This document shows, piece by piece, positions 32,243 to 42,482 of a stretch of 64,000 bases of DNA. A program made the translations under genes and the position numbers. Position 1 is the stretch's first letter, and each line of letters opens with the position of its first letter. Location of the stretch: the NCBI GenBank assembly GCA_963718235.1, contig CAVQYR010000001.1, forward strand, positions 512,001-576,000. The letters run 5' to 3'. The notes below the pieces were generated by a model, which worked only from the letters and a program-made list of their open reading frames with translations, made no database searches and was not told where the DNA came from. The stretch is from an uncultured Actinomycetota bacterium. Lineage in GTDB: Bacteria; Actinomycetota; Actinomycetes; JAHEKZ01.

Positions 32243-32745
32243 CGGCGGTGCGTGCGGCGCTCGGGCTGGGCAGCAACCTGGGGGACCGGCTGGGCCGGCT
32301 TCGCGAGGCGTGCCTGGGCCTGTCGGGTGAGCCCGGCGTGACGGTGGCTGCGGTGTCCTCGGTGTTCGAGACGACGCCGGTCGGCGGGCCCGAGCAGCCC
32401 GACTACCTCAACGCGGTGGTGGTCGTGGACACCACCCTGACCGCGGTGCAGCTGCTGGCCCTGGCCCACCGGCTCGAGGACCGGGCTGAACGACGGCGGA
32501 CGACTCGCTGGGGTGCCCGGACCCTCGACGTCGACGTCCTCGCCGTGGGCGGCGAGCAGGTCGACCAGCCACAGCTGACGCTGCCGCACCCACGCGCCCA
32601 CGAGCGGGCGTTCGTGCTCGTCCCCTGGGCGCAGGTCGACCCCGACTTCGTGGTTCCGGGGCGTGGTCGGGTGATCGACCTGCTGGACGCCGTCGACGAC
32701 AGCGGTGTCGCAGCGTGGCCCGAGCAGCTGGTCGAGCCGACGTGA
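32239..32745 (+). CDS. folK: 2-amino-4-hydroxy-6-hydroxymethyldihydropteridine diphosphokinase
   Basis: LGSNLGDR, YLNAV, RWGARTLDVDVL, PHPRAHERAFV. Confidence 0.95.
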   Translation: MTAVRAALGLGSNLGDRLGRLREACLGLSGEPGVTVAAVSSVFETTPVGGPEQPDYLNAVVVVDTTLTAVQLLALAHRLEDRAERRRTTRWGARTLDVDVLAVGGEQVDQPQLTLPHPRAHERAFVLVPWAQVDPDFVVPGRGRVIDLLDAVDDSGVAAWPEQLVEPT

Positions 32746-33218
32746 GGCCGACGTCGTGGAAGGTCCTGGTGGCCGTCGCCCTGCTGGGTGGGGTCAGCGG
32801 GTGGGCGTTGGTCAACGTGTGGAAGTCGTGGACCGGGGCGCCCCCGGGAGTTCCCTGGACCGCGCCGCTGACCCTCGGGGTGCTCGCGGCCGGGTTCGCG
32901 ATCGCCGCGGTCACGCTGCGGCCGCGGCTGCGTCGGGAGGAGGGGCACCGGCCGGTCGACCCCTTCGTGGCGGCGCGTGCCGCTGTGCTGGCGATGGCCG
33001 GCTCCAGGGCGGGGGCGTTCGTGGCCGGCGGCTACCTCGGGTACGCGGTCTTCCTGCTCGTGGACCTCAGCAACTCCTACCGCCGCACGCTGCTGTGGCC
33101 GGTGGTGCTCAGCATCGCCACGGCGATCGCCCTGATGGTGGCGGCGCTGTGGCTGGAACGGGTGTGCCGGATCCCGGTCGACCACGACGACCCAGGAGCT
33201 GGCGCCGCGCCGGCGTGA
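32742..33218 (+). CDS. DUF3180 membrane protein
   Basis: Four TM helices, AALWLERVCRIP; follows folK. Confidence 0.85.
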   Translation: MRPTSWKVLVAVALLGGVSGWALVNVWKSWTGAPPGVPWTAPLTLGVLAAGFAIAAVTLRPRLRREEGHRPVDPFVAARAAVLAMAGSRAGAFVAGGYLGYAVFLLVDLSNSYRRTLLWPVVLSIATAIALMVAALWLERVCRIPVDHDDPGAGAAPA

Positions 33219-33281
33219 GGCGCCACTCGCCCCAAGCGGATGTCCCCGGCTCGTTCACCCCTTCGGCGTAGTCTTTCGCCC

Positions 33282-33854
33282 ATGTCCAGCGCCCGACACG
33301 CCCGGTCCAGGAAGTCCCGATCCGGCGTCACCCTGCTCGCCCTCGTCGTCGTCCTCGCGCTGCTGCTGGCCGTTGCGGCCGCCTACGTCGACGACCCCGC
33401 CGTGCTGCAGGCCGCGGTGGTCCTCACCGCCGCCCTGGCCGTCGCGGCGAGCTTCGTGGCCTGGACCGCGAGCCAGCGCGCACTCGACCGGCACCGCGCC
33501 GAGTCGAGGGCCGTGCAGGTGCAGCTCGCCGAGGTCCGGCGCGAGCTGGCCGCCGTCCATGACATCACGCTCGGCCTCAGCGCCGAGGTGTCCTGGTTGC
33601 GCGCCCAGCTGCAGGAGTACGTGCTGCCGGTCTCCGGGGTTCCCGAGCCGGTCTACCCGTCGCTGCACCTGCCCCTGGTCCGGGCCGCGTTCGGGGTCGA
33701 GCCGCTGCCGGTCGACCCGGCGCGTGCGGTGCCAGCGCCGTTCGAGGTGCCGCCCACGATCAGCACGGACCGCGGGTCGGAGGGGCGCCCGCCTCGCCAG
33801 CTGGTCGACCTGACCACCCAGCCCGTCCCCCAGCCCATCGCCCGCCCCGCCTGA
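33282..33854 (+). CDS. Hypothetical membrane protein (2 TM + coiled coil + Pro-rich tail)
   Basis: ORF composition; TAGTCT-7nt-ATG. Confidence 0.65.
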   Translation: MSSARHARSRKSRSGVTLLALVVVLALLLAVAAAYVDDPAVLQAAVVLTAALAVAASFVAWTASQRALDRHRAESRAVQVQLAEVRRELAAVHDITLGLSAEVSWLRAQLQEYVLPVSGVPEPVYPSLHLPLVRAAFGVEPLPVDPARAVPAPFEVPPTISTDRGSEGRPPRQLVDLTTQPVPQPIARPA

Positions 33855-33872
33855 CCCGCCTGACCCCACCCC

Positions 33873-33940
33873 CAAGTTGATCTTGGACTTGATGTCACCT
33901 TTCGACCGCTGAGGGCCGCATCTTCTGCAAGATCAACTTG
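33873..33940. repeat. 68-bp palindromic REP/MITE-like element, copy 1
   Basis: 13-bp terminal inverted repeat CAAGTTGATCTTG...CAAGATCAACTTG; homologous to 46110-46177. Confidence 0.8.
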
Positions 33941-33965
33941 TGAAGGGGGACGGGGGAGCGGGCGA

Positions 33966-35141
33966 CTACTTGTCGACGTCGCCGACCACGAAGAACATCG
34001 AGCCCAGGATCGCCACCATGTCGGGGACGAGCTGGCCGGGCAGCATCTCGCGCAGCACCTGCACGTTGTTGAACGACGCCGACCGCAGCTTCATCCGCCA
34101 CGGGGTCTTCTCGCCGCGGGACACCAGGTAGTAGCCGTTGATGCCGAGCGGGTTCTCCGTCCACGCGTAGGTGTGACCCTCAGGGGCCTTGAGCACCTTG
34201 GGCAGCCGGGTGTTGATCGGCCCCGGCGGCAGCGACTCCATCCGGTCCAGGCACGCGTCGGCCAGGTCGAGAGACACGTGCACCTCCTCGCGCAGGACCT
34301 CGAACCGGGCGAGGCAGTCGCCCTCGGTGCGGGTGACGACGCGTAACACCTCAGTCAGCTCGGGGTAGGCCAGGTAGGGGTCGTCGCGACGCAGGTCCAG
34401 GTCGACACCAGAGCCCCGGGCGATCGGTCCGCTCACGCCGTACTGCAGCACCTGCTCCTGGCTCAGGACGCCGACCCCGCCGGTGCGGGCGCGGAAGATC
34501 TCGTTGCCGAAGACGAGCTTCTCCAGCTGGGGCAGCAGGTCGCGGACCTGGACGACGGCTTCGCGGGCGCGAGCCGTCCACCCGTTGGGGAGGTCCTCCT
34601 TGAGCCCTCCGACCCGGTTGAACATGTAGTGCATGCGCCCTCCGGCGACCTCCTCCATCACCGCCTGCAGGATCTCCCGCTGGCGGAAGGCCTGGAACAC
34701 CGGAGTGATGGCGCCGACCTCCAACGGGTACGACCCCAGGAACATCAGGTGGTTGAGCACCCGGTTCAGCTCGGTCAGCAGGGTGCGCGCCCACACCGCT
34801 CGGACCGGGACCTCCATGCCCAGCATCCGCTCGACGGCAAGGACGACGCCGAGCTCGTTGCTGAACGCGCTCAACCAGTCATGTCGGTTCGCGAGCATGA
34901 TGATCTGGCGGTAGTCGCGCACCTCGAACAGCTTCTCGGCGCCGCGATGCATGTACCCGATGACCGGCTCGGCGTGCACGATGCGCTCGCCGTCCAAGGT
35001 GATGAGCAGACGCAGCACGCCGTGGGTGGCGGGGTGCTGTGGCCCGATGTTCAGCACCATGTCGGTCGTGGCCAGGCCGTCGGCGCCGGCCCCGGTGCCG
35101 ACGAGGCGCTGCTCCAGCGAGCCAGACGACGGCGAGGTCAC
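33966..35141 (-). CDS. nuoD: NADH-quinone oxidoreductase subunit D, stand-alone copy
   Basis: [39 protein letters not shown]-terminal GDVDK. Confidence 0.9.
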   Translation of the reverse strand: MTSPSSGSLEQRLVGTGAGADGLATTDMVLNIGPQHPATHGVLRLLITLDGERIVHAEPVIGYMHRGAEKLFEVRDYRQIIMLANRHDWLSAFSNELGVVLAVERMLGMEVPVRAVWARTLLTELNRVLNHLMFLGSYPLEVGAITPVFQAFRQREILQAVMEEVAGGRMHYMFNRVGGLKEDLPNGWTARAREAVVQVRDLLPQLEKLVFGNEIFRARTGGVGVLSQEQVLQYGVSGPIARGSGVDLDLRRDDPYLAYPELTEVLRVVTRTEGDCLARFEVLREEVHVSLDLADACLDRMESLPPGPINTRLPKVLKAPEGHTYAWTENPLGINGYYLVSRGEKTPWRMKLRSASFNNVQVLREMLPGQLVPDMVAILGSMFFVVGDVDK

Positions 35142-35212
35142 CCACCGATCGTGCCAGAAGGCCGGCCCCAAGGTGAGGGACCGGCCTTCTGGTCAGACTG
35201 GGCAGTGCGCGA

Positions 35213-36916
35213 TCACTGGTTGGGAGCGTGATCCTCCGGGTGCTTGCCCTGGTGCGGGCCAGGAAGGTAGCCCTGGTCGAAGTGCTCGAGGGCGATCTCC
35301 TCCGCACCTGGCACTCCCGCCGGGAGGTCGACCGTGCGTTTCGGACCGGTGAACCACTTCTTGGCCGACAGGTGCCAGCCGATCCAGAGCAGAATCAGTG
35401 CGGCCCCGGTCACGATCGGCGTGTAGTTCACGAACTTCCAGTCGAAGGGGACTTCGTCGGTGCCAGGAGCGCCCAAGAGCCCGCGCATGAAGCCGGGGGC
35501 TCCTGCGGGGGTGAACGGCATGAGGAAGTAGATCGAGGTGACGACGATCTCGCCCACGGCGAGTGGGGCCATCCACTTCCACTTGGTGCCGAGGTTCCAC
35601 GGGCCCTGCTTGAAGGCCGACCCCATCCGCCAGCGCAGCCAGATCGGGATGGCGAAGGCCAGGTAAAGCCCGATGACGCCGATCGACACGACGGCGAGGA
35701 AGGCGTAGTTGACGAGGATCGGCTCCTCCTCCGTGCCGATGTTGATCTCGATCAGAGCCGGCAGGGTCAAGATGATGCCGACCACCGCAGTCAGAAGCAC
35801 CGCGTTGACCGGCACCTTCTTGCTGTTGAGCTTTGACCAGTACTGCGCACCGGGCATCGCGCCGTCGCGGCTGAATGCGTACATCATGCGGGTGCACGAG
35901 GTGAGACACGCGGTGGTGCAGTAGAACTGGCCGCTCGCTGCGATGAGCAGCACCACGCCGGCCCACTTGGCCCCGAGTGCTTGGTCGAAGATGACCTGCA
36001 CCCCACCACCACCGGCACTGACCCCCTCCGGGTCCTGTACGGCGAACAGGAAGGTGAGCAGCAAGATGTAGCCGCCGATGGCCGAGTAGAAGATCGACTG
36101 CCAGATGCCCCTAGCCGCTGAGTCGGCCGCAGCGTGGGTCTCCTCGGAGAGGTGCGCCGACGCGTCGTAGCCGGTGATCGTGTACTGCGTCAGCAGGAAG
36201 CCGAGCGGAAGCACGTAGAACCAGAAGCCGATACCGCCAGTGTCACCGCCGAACAGGCCGCCGGTGTTGTTGACATGGCCGGTGAAGACGTCGCTGGCGG
36301 ACCAGTGCTGGTCGGGGATGATCCACAGGATGCCGATGACCACGAGCGCTCCGACCACGTGCCACCACACCGAGACGTTGTTGATGATGGCCAGGAGGTG
36401 GCTGGAGAAGATGTTGATCGTTGCCGCGAGCACGAGGACCACCACGAACATGATGAACACGCGCTGCAACGAGTAGCCGGCCGCCCACGACTCGCTGAAC
36501 CGGCTGAGCGCAAGGTCGAAGAAGGCTGCACATCCGTAGGCGACCGACGCCACGATGGCGAGCAGCCCGATCAGGTTCAACCACCCCGTGTAGTAGCCCG
36601 CCTTGGGGCCGCCCAGCGTGCCGGCCCACCAGTAGATGCCGCCCGACGTCGGGTAGGCCGAAACGAGCTCGGACATACAGAACCCGATGACCAGGATGAA
36701 TGCCGAGATCAGCGGCCAGCCCAGCGAGATCGCGATGGGCCCACCGTTGTTCCAGGCCTGGTAGAAGGTGGTGAAGCAGCCGGCCAGGATCGAGATGATC
36801 GAGAACGAGATGGCGAAGTTGGAGAACCCGCTCCACGTGCGGTCCAGCTCCTGCTTGTAGCCGAGCTCGGCGAGCCGCTTCTCGTCGGCGTCGCTGATCT
36901 TGTTGATGTCGGTCAC
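35213..36916 (-). CDS. APC-family amino acid/polyamine permease
   Basis: LGYKQEL, FSNFAISFSIIS, ELVSAYPTSGGIYWW, GYDASAHLSEET, FSRDGA. Confidence 0.9.
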   Translation of the reverse strand: MTDINKISDADEKRLAELGYKQELDRTWSGFSNFAISFSIISILAGCFTTFYQAWNNGGPIAISLGWPLISAFILVIGFCMSELVSAYPTSGGIYWWAGTLGGPKAGYYTGWLNLIGLLAIVASVAYGCAAFFDLALSRFSESWAAGYSLQRVFIMFVVVLVLAATINIFSSHLLAIINNVSVWWHVVGALVVIGILWIIPDQHWSASDVFTGHVNNTGGLFGGDTGGIGFWFYVLPLGFLLTQYTITGYDASAHLSEETHAAADSAARGIWQSIFYSAIGGYILLLTFLFAVQDPEGVSAGGGGVQVIFDQALGAKWAGVVLLIAASGQFYCTTACLTSCTRMMYAFSRDGAMPGAQYWSKLNSKKVPVNAVLLTAVVGIILTLPALIEINIGTEEEPILVNYAFLAVVSIGVIGLYLAFAIPIWLRWRMGSAFKQGPWNLGTKWKWMAPLAVGEIVVTSIYFLMPFTPAGAPGFMRGLLGAPGTDEVPFDWKFVNYTPIVTGAALILLWIGWHLSAKKWFTGPKRTVDLPAGVPGAEEIALEHFDQGYLPGPHQGKHPEDHAPNQ

Positions 36917-37099
36917 GCGCACTCCTCGGGAGGCAGCGGGCATCCGACCGCCCGCGGTATGGGCGCTTTCTAGCAGCCCAGACCCCCGGCTGTGTGACCT
37001 TCGCCACAGGATTTGGGTCGCAGTTTGGTCAAGATTCGTACCGAACGGGAACTCGATCGTGCGTTCGGGCCTTCCGGGCCGCCCAACTAGCCTGAGCCC

Positions 37100-37618
37100 A
37101 TGGTTTCGCCCGACCCCACCGTGCCGCTGGCCGCCGACCCGTTCCGCGGTCCGGCCGGCGGTTGGACGCCGGTCTCGGCCCGCCTGGCGTCCGCCCGTCG
37201 GCTCCTGGCCTCCCTGGTCGTGGGTGGGTTGACCCTGGCCGCTGTCCTCGGCCTTGCCGTGGCCGGATGGCCGGAGTGGGGGTTCGTCGCCCTGCTCGTC
37301 GGGCTGGCCGTCTGGGCCTGGTGCTGGTGGCTCATCGGACGGCAGGTGCGGGCCATGGGCTACGCCGAGCGGGACGACGACCTGCTCGTCGTGAGCGGGA
37401 TCCTGTTCCGCCGCCTGGTCATCGTGCCCTACGGGCGGATGCAGCTGGTCGACGTCAGTCGCGGGCCGATCGACCGCCGCTTCGACCTGGCCACCGTGCA
37501 GCTGCACACGGCGGCAGCCACCACCGACGCCGCGATCCGTGGCCTGACCCCAGAGGTGGCCGCCCACCTGCGCGACCAGCTCGCCGCGCTCGGTGAGCAG
37601 CGGAGCGCCGGGCTGTGA
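37100..37618 (+). CDS. Bacterial PH-domain membrane protein (YdbS-like)
   Basis: Two TM segments, VPYGRMQLVDVSRGP, LHTAA. Confidence 0.85.
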   Translation: MVSPDPTVPLAADPFRGPAGGWTPVSARLASARRLLASLVVGGLTLAAVLGLAVAGWPEWGFVALLVGLAVWAWCWWLIGRQVRAMGYAERDDDLLVVSGILFRRLVIVPYGRMQLVDVSRGPIDRRFDLATVQLHTAAATTDAAIRGLTPEVAAHLRDQLAALGEQRSAGL

Positions 37619-38970
37619 GCGAAGCGACCCCCAGCGGCTGGCGGGCCACCTCACCGCATGGGGTCCACCCGGTGACCCCGCTGGTCAAGACGGCGCGGGT
37701 CTTCCCGGTGTTCGTCGCCTTCTTCCTCACCGTGGGCCTGGAGCCGACCCGGCTCATCGGGTCGCTCGGCGTCAGCGGCGTCCTGCTGCTCATCATCATC
37801 GCGACCGCGCTCGTCAACTACCTGCAGTGGACCAGGGTCAGCTACTGGTTCGACGACGACGGCGACCTGCGCCTGCGCTCGGGGGTGCTGCAGGTCAACG
37901 AGCGACGGGTCCAGGTGTCCCGGCTGCAGTCGGTCGACGTCACCCAGCCGCTGATCGCGCGCCTGTTCGGGCTGGCGGCGGTGCGCCCCGACGTGGCCGG
38001 CACCGGCGACCGGGGCACCCGGATCGAGTACCTGGCCTTCGACGACGCCCAACGCCTGCGCGCCGAGCTGCTGGCCCGCTCGGCGGGGGTTCACACCGGG
38101 GCCGACCAAGCCGCCCCGGTCGCACCGGAGCGGACCGTGCTCACTGTCCCTCCGCAGGTGCTCCTCGAGTCGCTGGTCCTCCAGCCGGCCACGGTGGTGG
38201 CGGTCCTCGCCTCAGCGGCGGTCATCGTCTACGCCGTGGTCTCCGGCCAGTGGTTCGCCCTGCTGCCCTCGATCATCATCGTCGTCTCGCCGGTCTTCAT
38301 CGTCGGCGGGCAGTTCCTGTCGTGGTTCGGGTTCACCGTCGCCGAGTCGCCGGACGGTCTGCGTCTGCGCTTCGGGCTCACCGAGCACCGGGCCCAGACC
38401 GTGCCGCCCGGACGCGTGCAGGCGGTTCGGATCGAGGCCCCGGTGATGTGGCGTCATCGCGGGTGGGTGCGGGTGCGGGTGAACGTCGCGGGCGCCTCGG
38501 GCGGCGACGAGGCCAAGGAGCGCCCCTCCATCCTGCTGCCGGTGGCACCGCTGGAGCTGGCCCGGTGGGTGATCGCCCAGGTGCTCCCGGGCACCGACCC
38601 GCTCACCGTCCCCGTGCTGGAGGTTCCGCGTCGCGCCCGGTGGCGGGCGCCGCTGCAGCGACGCCGGTTGGCGACCGGCGCCGACGAGCGGATGTTCGTG
38701 GCTCGCCACGGGTGGCTGGTGCCGACGTGGGACGCCGTCCCGCACGCGCGTACGCAGAGCGTACGGGTGACCCAGGGTGCCTGGCAGCGCCGGCTGCAGC
38801 TGGCCAGCGTCCACGTCGACTCCACGCCTGGGCCAGTCACGATCAAGGCGGCTCAGCGCGACGAGCGGGAGGCCCGAGCCATCGCCGAGGCCCAGGCCGA
38901 CCGTGCCAGACTCGCCCGTGCCACCGCTAGGCCCCAGCGGTGGATGACCAGCCCGGAGGAAGCCGAATGA
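37615..38970 (+). CDS. Bacterial PH-domain membrane protein (YdbT-like)
   Basis: Repeated bPH_2-like segments RLQSVDVTQP, RVQAVRI, RTQSVRVTQG. Confidence 0.85.
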   Translation: MSEATPSGWRATSPHGVHPVTPLVKTARVFPVFVAFFLTVGLEPTRLIGSLGVSGVLLLIIIATALVNYLQWTRVSYWFDDDGDLRLRSGVLQVNERRVQVSRLQSVDVTQPLIARLFGLAAVRPDVAGTGDRGTRIEYLAFDDAQRLRAELLARSAGVHTGADQAAPVAPERTVLTVPPQVLLESLVLQPATVVAVLASAAVIVYAVVSGQWFALLPSIIIVVSPVFIVGGQFLSWFGFTVAESPDGLRLRFGLTEHRAQTVPPGRVQAVRIEAPVMWRHRGWVRVRVNVAGASGGDEAKERPSILLPVAPLELARWVIAQVLPGTDPLTVPVLEVPRRARWRAPLQRRRLATGADERMFVARHGWLVPTWDAVPHARTQSVRVTQGAWQRRLQLASVHVDSTPGPVTIKAAQRDEREARAIAEAQADRARLARATARPQRWMTSPEEAE

Positions 38971-39590
38971 GACGCGGTCTGTCCGCCTGGTGGTTCGCCG
39001 TGCCGGTCGTCATCGCCTTGGTGTCGGTCATCGGCGGCGGGGTCGTGATCGGTTACCAGCTCGGTGCCGCCGGACGTGTGGTGGCGGCCGAGATCGACGA
39101 GATCGAGACCGTGCCCACCACGGGGCTGCGGATCACGTTCGACGCCGGTGAGAACCGCACCCTCTTCGGTACCAACCAGGGAGTCGGCTGGGCGGGCCGG
39201 CGTCCGGCCACCTGCACCGTCACTGCGAACGACGGTCAGGCGCCACCGGACGTCACGCTGGTCTCCGATCGGGGCCAGGACGGCCCGACCCTCGAGGTCA
39301 ACGGTGTCCGCTGGTACCCGAGGTACCAGATCCGGGCAGTCGAGCAGGGGCAGCTCGTCATCGCCTGTGACATGGCGTCCGGCGTGCGGTACGCGCTCGG
39401 GCCGTGGGTCGACGTCCGCGACTACGCAGGGTTCGGCACGGCCGGCCTCGTCGCGCTCGCCGCGATGTCGTTCGGACTCCTCGTCGCGCTCACGGTCGCC
39501 GGCGTGCTGGTCGCCCTCTGGGTCACCGGTCGGTCGACGTCGCGGCCCAGTCAGGCCAGCGATGCAGGGATCGCGACCCCCTTGGACTGA
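38967..39590 (+). CDS. Hypothetical membrane protein
   Basis: N- and C-terminal TM helices with a Cys pair; ATGA coupling to the upstream gene. Confidence 0.65.
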   Translation: MRRGLSAWWFAVPVVIALVSVIGGGVVIGYQLGAAGRVVAAEIDEIETVPTTGLRITFDAGENRTLFGTNQGVGWAGRRPATCTVTANDGQAPPDVTLVSDRGQDGPTLEVNGVRWYPRYQIRAVEQGQLVIACDMASGVRYALGPWVDVRDYAGFGTAGLVALAAMSFGLLVALTVAGVLVALWVTGRSTSRPSQASDAGIATPLD

Positions 39591-40561
39591 ACCAACCAGC
39601 CGAACCCGCCGAGTCCGACCGGGTCCAGCAGCTCGGCCGCCTCGCCGGCACCACTGAGCGCGGTGAGGTAGTCGCGTGGGGACGCGTCGGCCAGAGCCAG
39701 AGGAGGACGCGCGACGTCGAGACCGAGGGCCGACAGGGCCTCACCCTGGGACACGATCCGAGTGCCCCGAGCCCCGGCCCGCGTACCGGCGGCCGCGCAC
39801 GCGTCCAGCGCCACGTGCGCGGTGAGGTCGCACGACCCGTCGGGCACCGGGCGGACCTGCCGACCCGCCCGGTAGGCAGCCAGCGTGCCGGCGGCGAGCT
39901 CCCGCGCGGCCCGCTGCTCCAGGGTGTGGTCGTAGTCGACGGCGACCGCGAGCCCCCGACCGAGGTGCCGCACCACGTCGGCCCAGGCCAGGTCTCGGGT
40001 CAGCCCGCACTCGGCCCGGTCGCCGTCGCCGGCCGCGTCGAGGGGCCACCACTGCTGGAGCCAGGCCAGCACCTCGCCGTCGGCGACGGCTCCGAGCTGC
40101 TCGTCGCCGGTCGACGGGTCGACCTCGACCAGCCGCGTTCGACCATCGGCGACCTGGACGACGTCGAGCGCCACGTTGTCCAGCCACTCGTTGGCCACGA
40201 CGACGCCCGCGACGTCCGCGGGGATCGAGTCCGACCACCCGATCGTCGGGTGCAGGTGAGCCGGGCGGGGGGAGAGCTCGACCGCCACGAGATGCAGGCG
40301 GTCGACCAGACCCACCCGGCGGACCGACTCGACGCGAAGCGCCTCGGCCAGCTCGCCGCGCCCGGCGCCGAGGTCGACGACGTCGAGTCGGGACGGATGT
40401 CCCAGGGCGGCGTCGACCTGCTCGACCAGTGTCATCACGGTGCGCGCGAACGACGGGCCGACGTGCGCGGAGGTGCGGAAGTGCGCTGCTGGGCCATCAC
40501 CAGCGGTGAAGAACCCCTGCGCGCCGTAGAGCGCCTGCTGCATCGCGGCCCGCCAGGTCAT
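39551..40561 (-). CDS. SAM-dependent methyltransferase, MidA/NDUFAF7 family
   Basis: MQQALYG, HFRTS, DLGAGRGEL, ANEWLDN, AVDY, DLTAHV. Confidence 0.85.
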   Translation of the reverse strand: MTWRAAMQQALYGAQGFFTAGDGPAAHFRTSAHVGPSFARTVMTLVEQVDAALGHPSRLDVVDLGAGRGELAEALRVESVRRVGLVDRLHLVAVELSPRPAHLHPTIGWSDSIPADVAGVVVANEWLDNVALDVVQVADGRTRLVEVDPSTGDEQLGAVADGEVLAWLQQWWPLDAAGDGDRAECGLTRDLAWADVVRHLGRGLAVAVDYDHTLEQRAARELAAGTLAAYRAGRQVRPVPDGSCDLTAHVALDACAAAGTRAGARGTRIVSQGEALSALGLDVARPPLALADASPRDYLTALSGAGEAAELLDPVGLGGFGWLVQSKGVAIPASLA

Positions 40562-40662
40562 CACGCAGGGCGACGCTAGCGGGTGCGCCTCCGCCCGGAA
40601 GACTTGGCGCCCTACGCTGGTGGCGACCACCGTCCGGTACCCCTCGAGGACTGGAACCTGGA

Positions 40663-41619
40663 ATGGCGATGCACCTGACCCCCGACCCTTCCGAGCGGCC
40701 GTCGTCCACCGTCGCCGGGTCCACCGCACCCGAGCAGCGTCCCGGCCGCCTCTCGGTCGGGGTCGTCGGGACGGGCCGGGTCGGCGCGGTGCTGGGGGCG
40801 GCACTGGCCCTCGCCGGCCACCGGGTCGTGGCCGCGTCCGGGGTCTCGGACCGCTCGGTCGACCGCGCCTCGGTGCTTCTCCCCGACGTCCCGTTGCTGC
40901 CCCCGCCGGATGTTGCGGTCATGGCCGACCTCGTGCTGCTCACCGTGCCCGACGACGCGCTTCCCGATCTGGTGCGTGGCCTGGCGGCCGGTGGGGCGTT
41001 CACCCGTGGACAGCTCGTCGTGCACACCAGTGGGCGGTGGGGGACCGACGTGCTGCGGCCCGCGTCGGAGGCCGGCGTGCTGCCGCTGGCCCTGCACCCG
41101 GTCATGACCTTCACGGGGACGTCGGTCGACCTGAACCGGCTCGCTGGCTGTGTGTTCGGCGTGACCGCTCCGGAGCCGTTGCTGCCGATCGCCGATGCGC
41201 TCGTCCTCGAGATGGGTGGCGAGCCGATGCACGTCGACGACGCGCGCCGTGAGCTCTACCATGCGGCGTTGGCGCATGCCGCGAACCACCTGGTGACGCT
41301 GGTTGCCTCGTCTTCGGAGCTGCTGCGCGAGGCCGGTGTCGACGACCCGGCACGGGTGCTGGGACCGTTGCTGGGCGCGGCCCTGGACAACGCCTTGCGC
41401 AGCGGCGACGCGGCGTTGACCGGTCCCGTCGCACGCGGCGATGCGCAGACGGTGGCTGCCCACGTCGAGGCCATCGGAGACGTCTCGGCGAGCACCCGGG
41501 CGGCGTACGTGGCCCTCGCCCGGCTCACCGCGGACCGGGCGATGGCCAGCGGTCTGCTGGACGCCGTCCATGCCGAGCCGCTGCTGGACGTGCTCGCCGA
41601 CTCCGAGGGGCCCCGATGA
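40663..41619 (+). CDS. Rossmann-like + DUF2520 protein (PanG-type ketopantoate reductase)
   Basis: GTGRVG, VPDD, HTSG, LHPVMTF, YHAA, LTGPVARGD; directly upstream of panC. Confidence 0.88.
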   Translation: MAMHLTPDPSERPSSTVAGSTAPEQRPGRLSVGVVGTGRVGAVLGAALALAGHRVVAASGVSDRSVDRASVLLPDVPLLPPPDVAVMADLVLLTVPDDALPDLVRGLAAGGAFTRGQLVVHTSGRWGTDVLRPASEAGVLPLALHPVMTFTGTSVDLNRLAGCVFGVTAPEPLLPIADALVLEMGGEPMHVDDARRELYHAALAHAANHLVTLVASSSELLREAGVDDPARVLGPLLGAALDNALRSGDAALTGPVARGDAQTVAAHVEAIGDVSASTRAAYVALARLTADRAMASGLLDAVHAEPLLDVLADSEGPR

Positions 41620-42479
41620 CCGTCGTTGCCCGCACCCGGGCGGAGCTCGCAGAGCTGCGGTCGGAGGTGACCGCCAAGGGCACTCGTGGTCCAGTCGCCG
41701 TCGTGATGACGATGGGCGCCCTGCACGCGGGGCACGTCGAGCTGATCCGGGAGGCACGCGGTCGCGCCGAGGTCGTACTGGTCACGGAGTTCCTGAACCC
41801 CCTGCAGTTCGCCCCTGGTGAGGACCTGTCCAAGTACCCGCGGACCTTCGACACCGACCTCGAGCTCTGCCGGGCCGAGGGGGTCGACCTGGTCTTCGCG
41901 CCGAGCGCCGACGTCGTCTACCCCTCCGGTGAGCCGATGGTCACGCTGTCGGCTGGACCGGTCGGTGACGTGCTGGAGGGGCACAGTCGGCCCGGTCACT
42001 TCGACGGCGTGCTCACCGTCGTGGCCAAGCTGCTGCACCTCACGGCTCCCGACCTCGCCTACTTCGGCCGCAAGGACGCCCAGCAGCTGTGGCTCATCTC
42101 GCGGATGGTCGACGACCTGGACTTCGACGTCGAGATCGTGCCCGTGCCGACGGTGCGCGACGCGACCGGGCTGGCGCTGTCCAGCCGAAACACCTACCTG
42201 AGCGGGCCCGACCGGGAGGCTGCCCGGGCCCTGTCTCGCGCCCTCGAGGCGGCTGTCGCTGCGGCGCGGGATGCGACGCCCGACGCCGTCGTCTCGGCCG
42301 CGTCGGCCGTCCTGTCGGGCACCGAAGGGGTCGTCACCGACTACGTCGCCCTGGTCGACCCGGCCACGTTCACGCCGGTGGCGAGGGACTTCGTCGGCGA
42401 GGGGCTCGTGCTGGTCGCGGCGGGCGTCGGCCCGACCCGGCTGATCGACAACGCCACCGTCCACCTGGGGAGAGGCTGA
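41616..42479 (+). CDS. panC: Pantoate-beta-alanine ligase
   Basis: TMGALHAGH, NPLQF, RPGHFDGV, FGRKDAQQ, LALSSRN, RLIDN. Confidence 0.96.
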   Translation: MTVVARTRAELAELRSEVTAKGTRGPVAVVMTMGALHAGHVELIREARGRAEVVLVTEFLNPLQFAPGEDLSKYPRTFDTDLELCRAEGVDLVFAPSADVVYPSGEPMVTLSAGPVGDVLEGHSRPGHFDGVLTVVAKLLHLTAPDLAYFGRKDAQQLWLISRMVDDLDFDVEIVPVPTVRDATGLALSSRNTYLSGPDREAARALSRALEAAVAAARDATPDAVVSAASAVLSGTEGVVTDYVALVDPATFTPVARDFVGEGLVLVAAGVGPTRLIDNATVHLGRG

Positions 42480-42482
42480 CCC

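Noticed and set aside
37027-37050. TTTGGT...ACCGAA imperfect palindrome upstream of the APC permease
   Set aside because: A single weak instance with no cognate regulator nearby.
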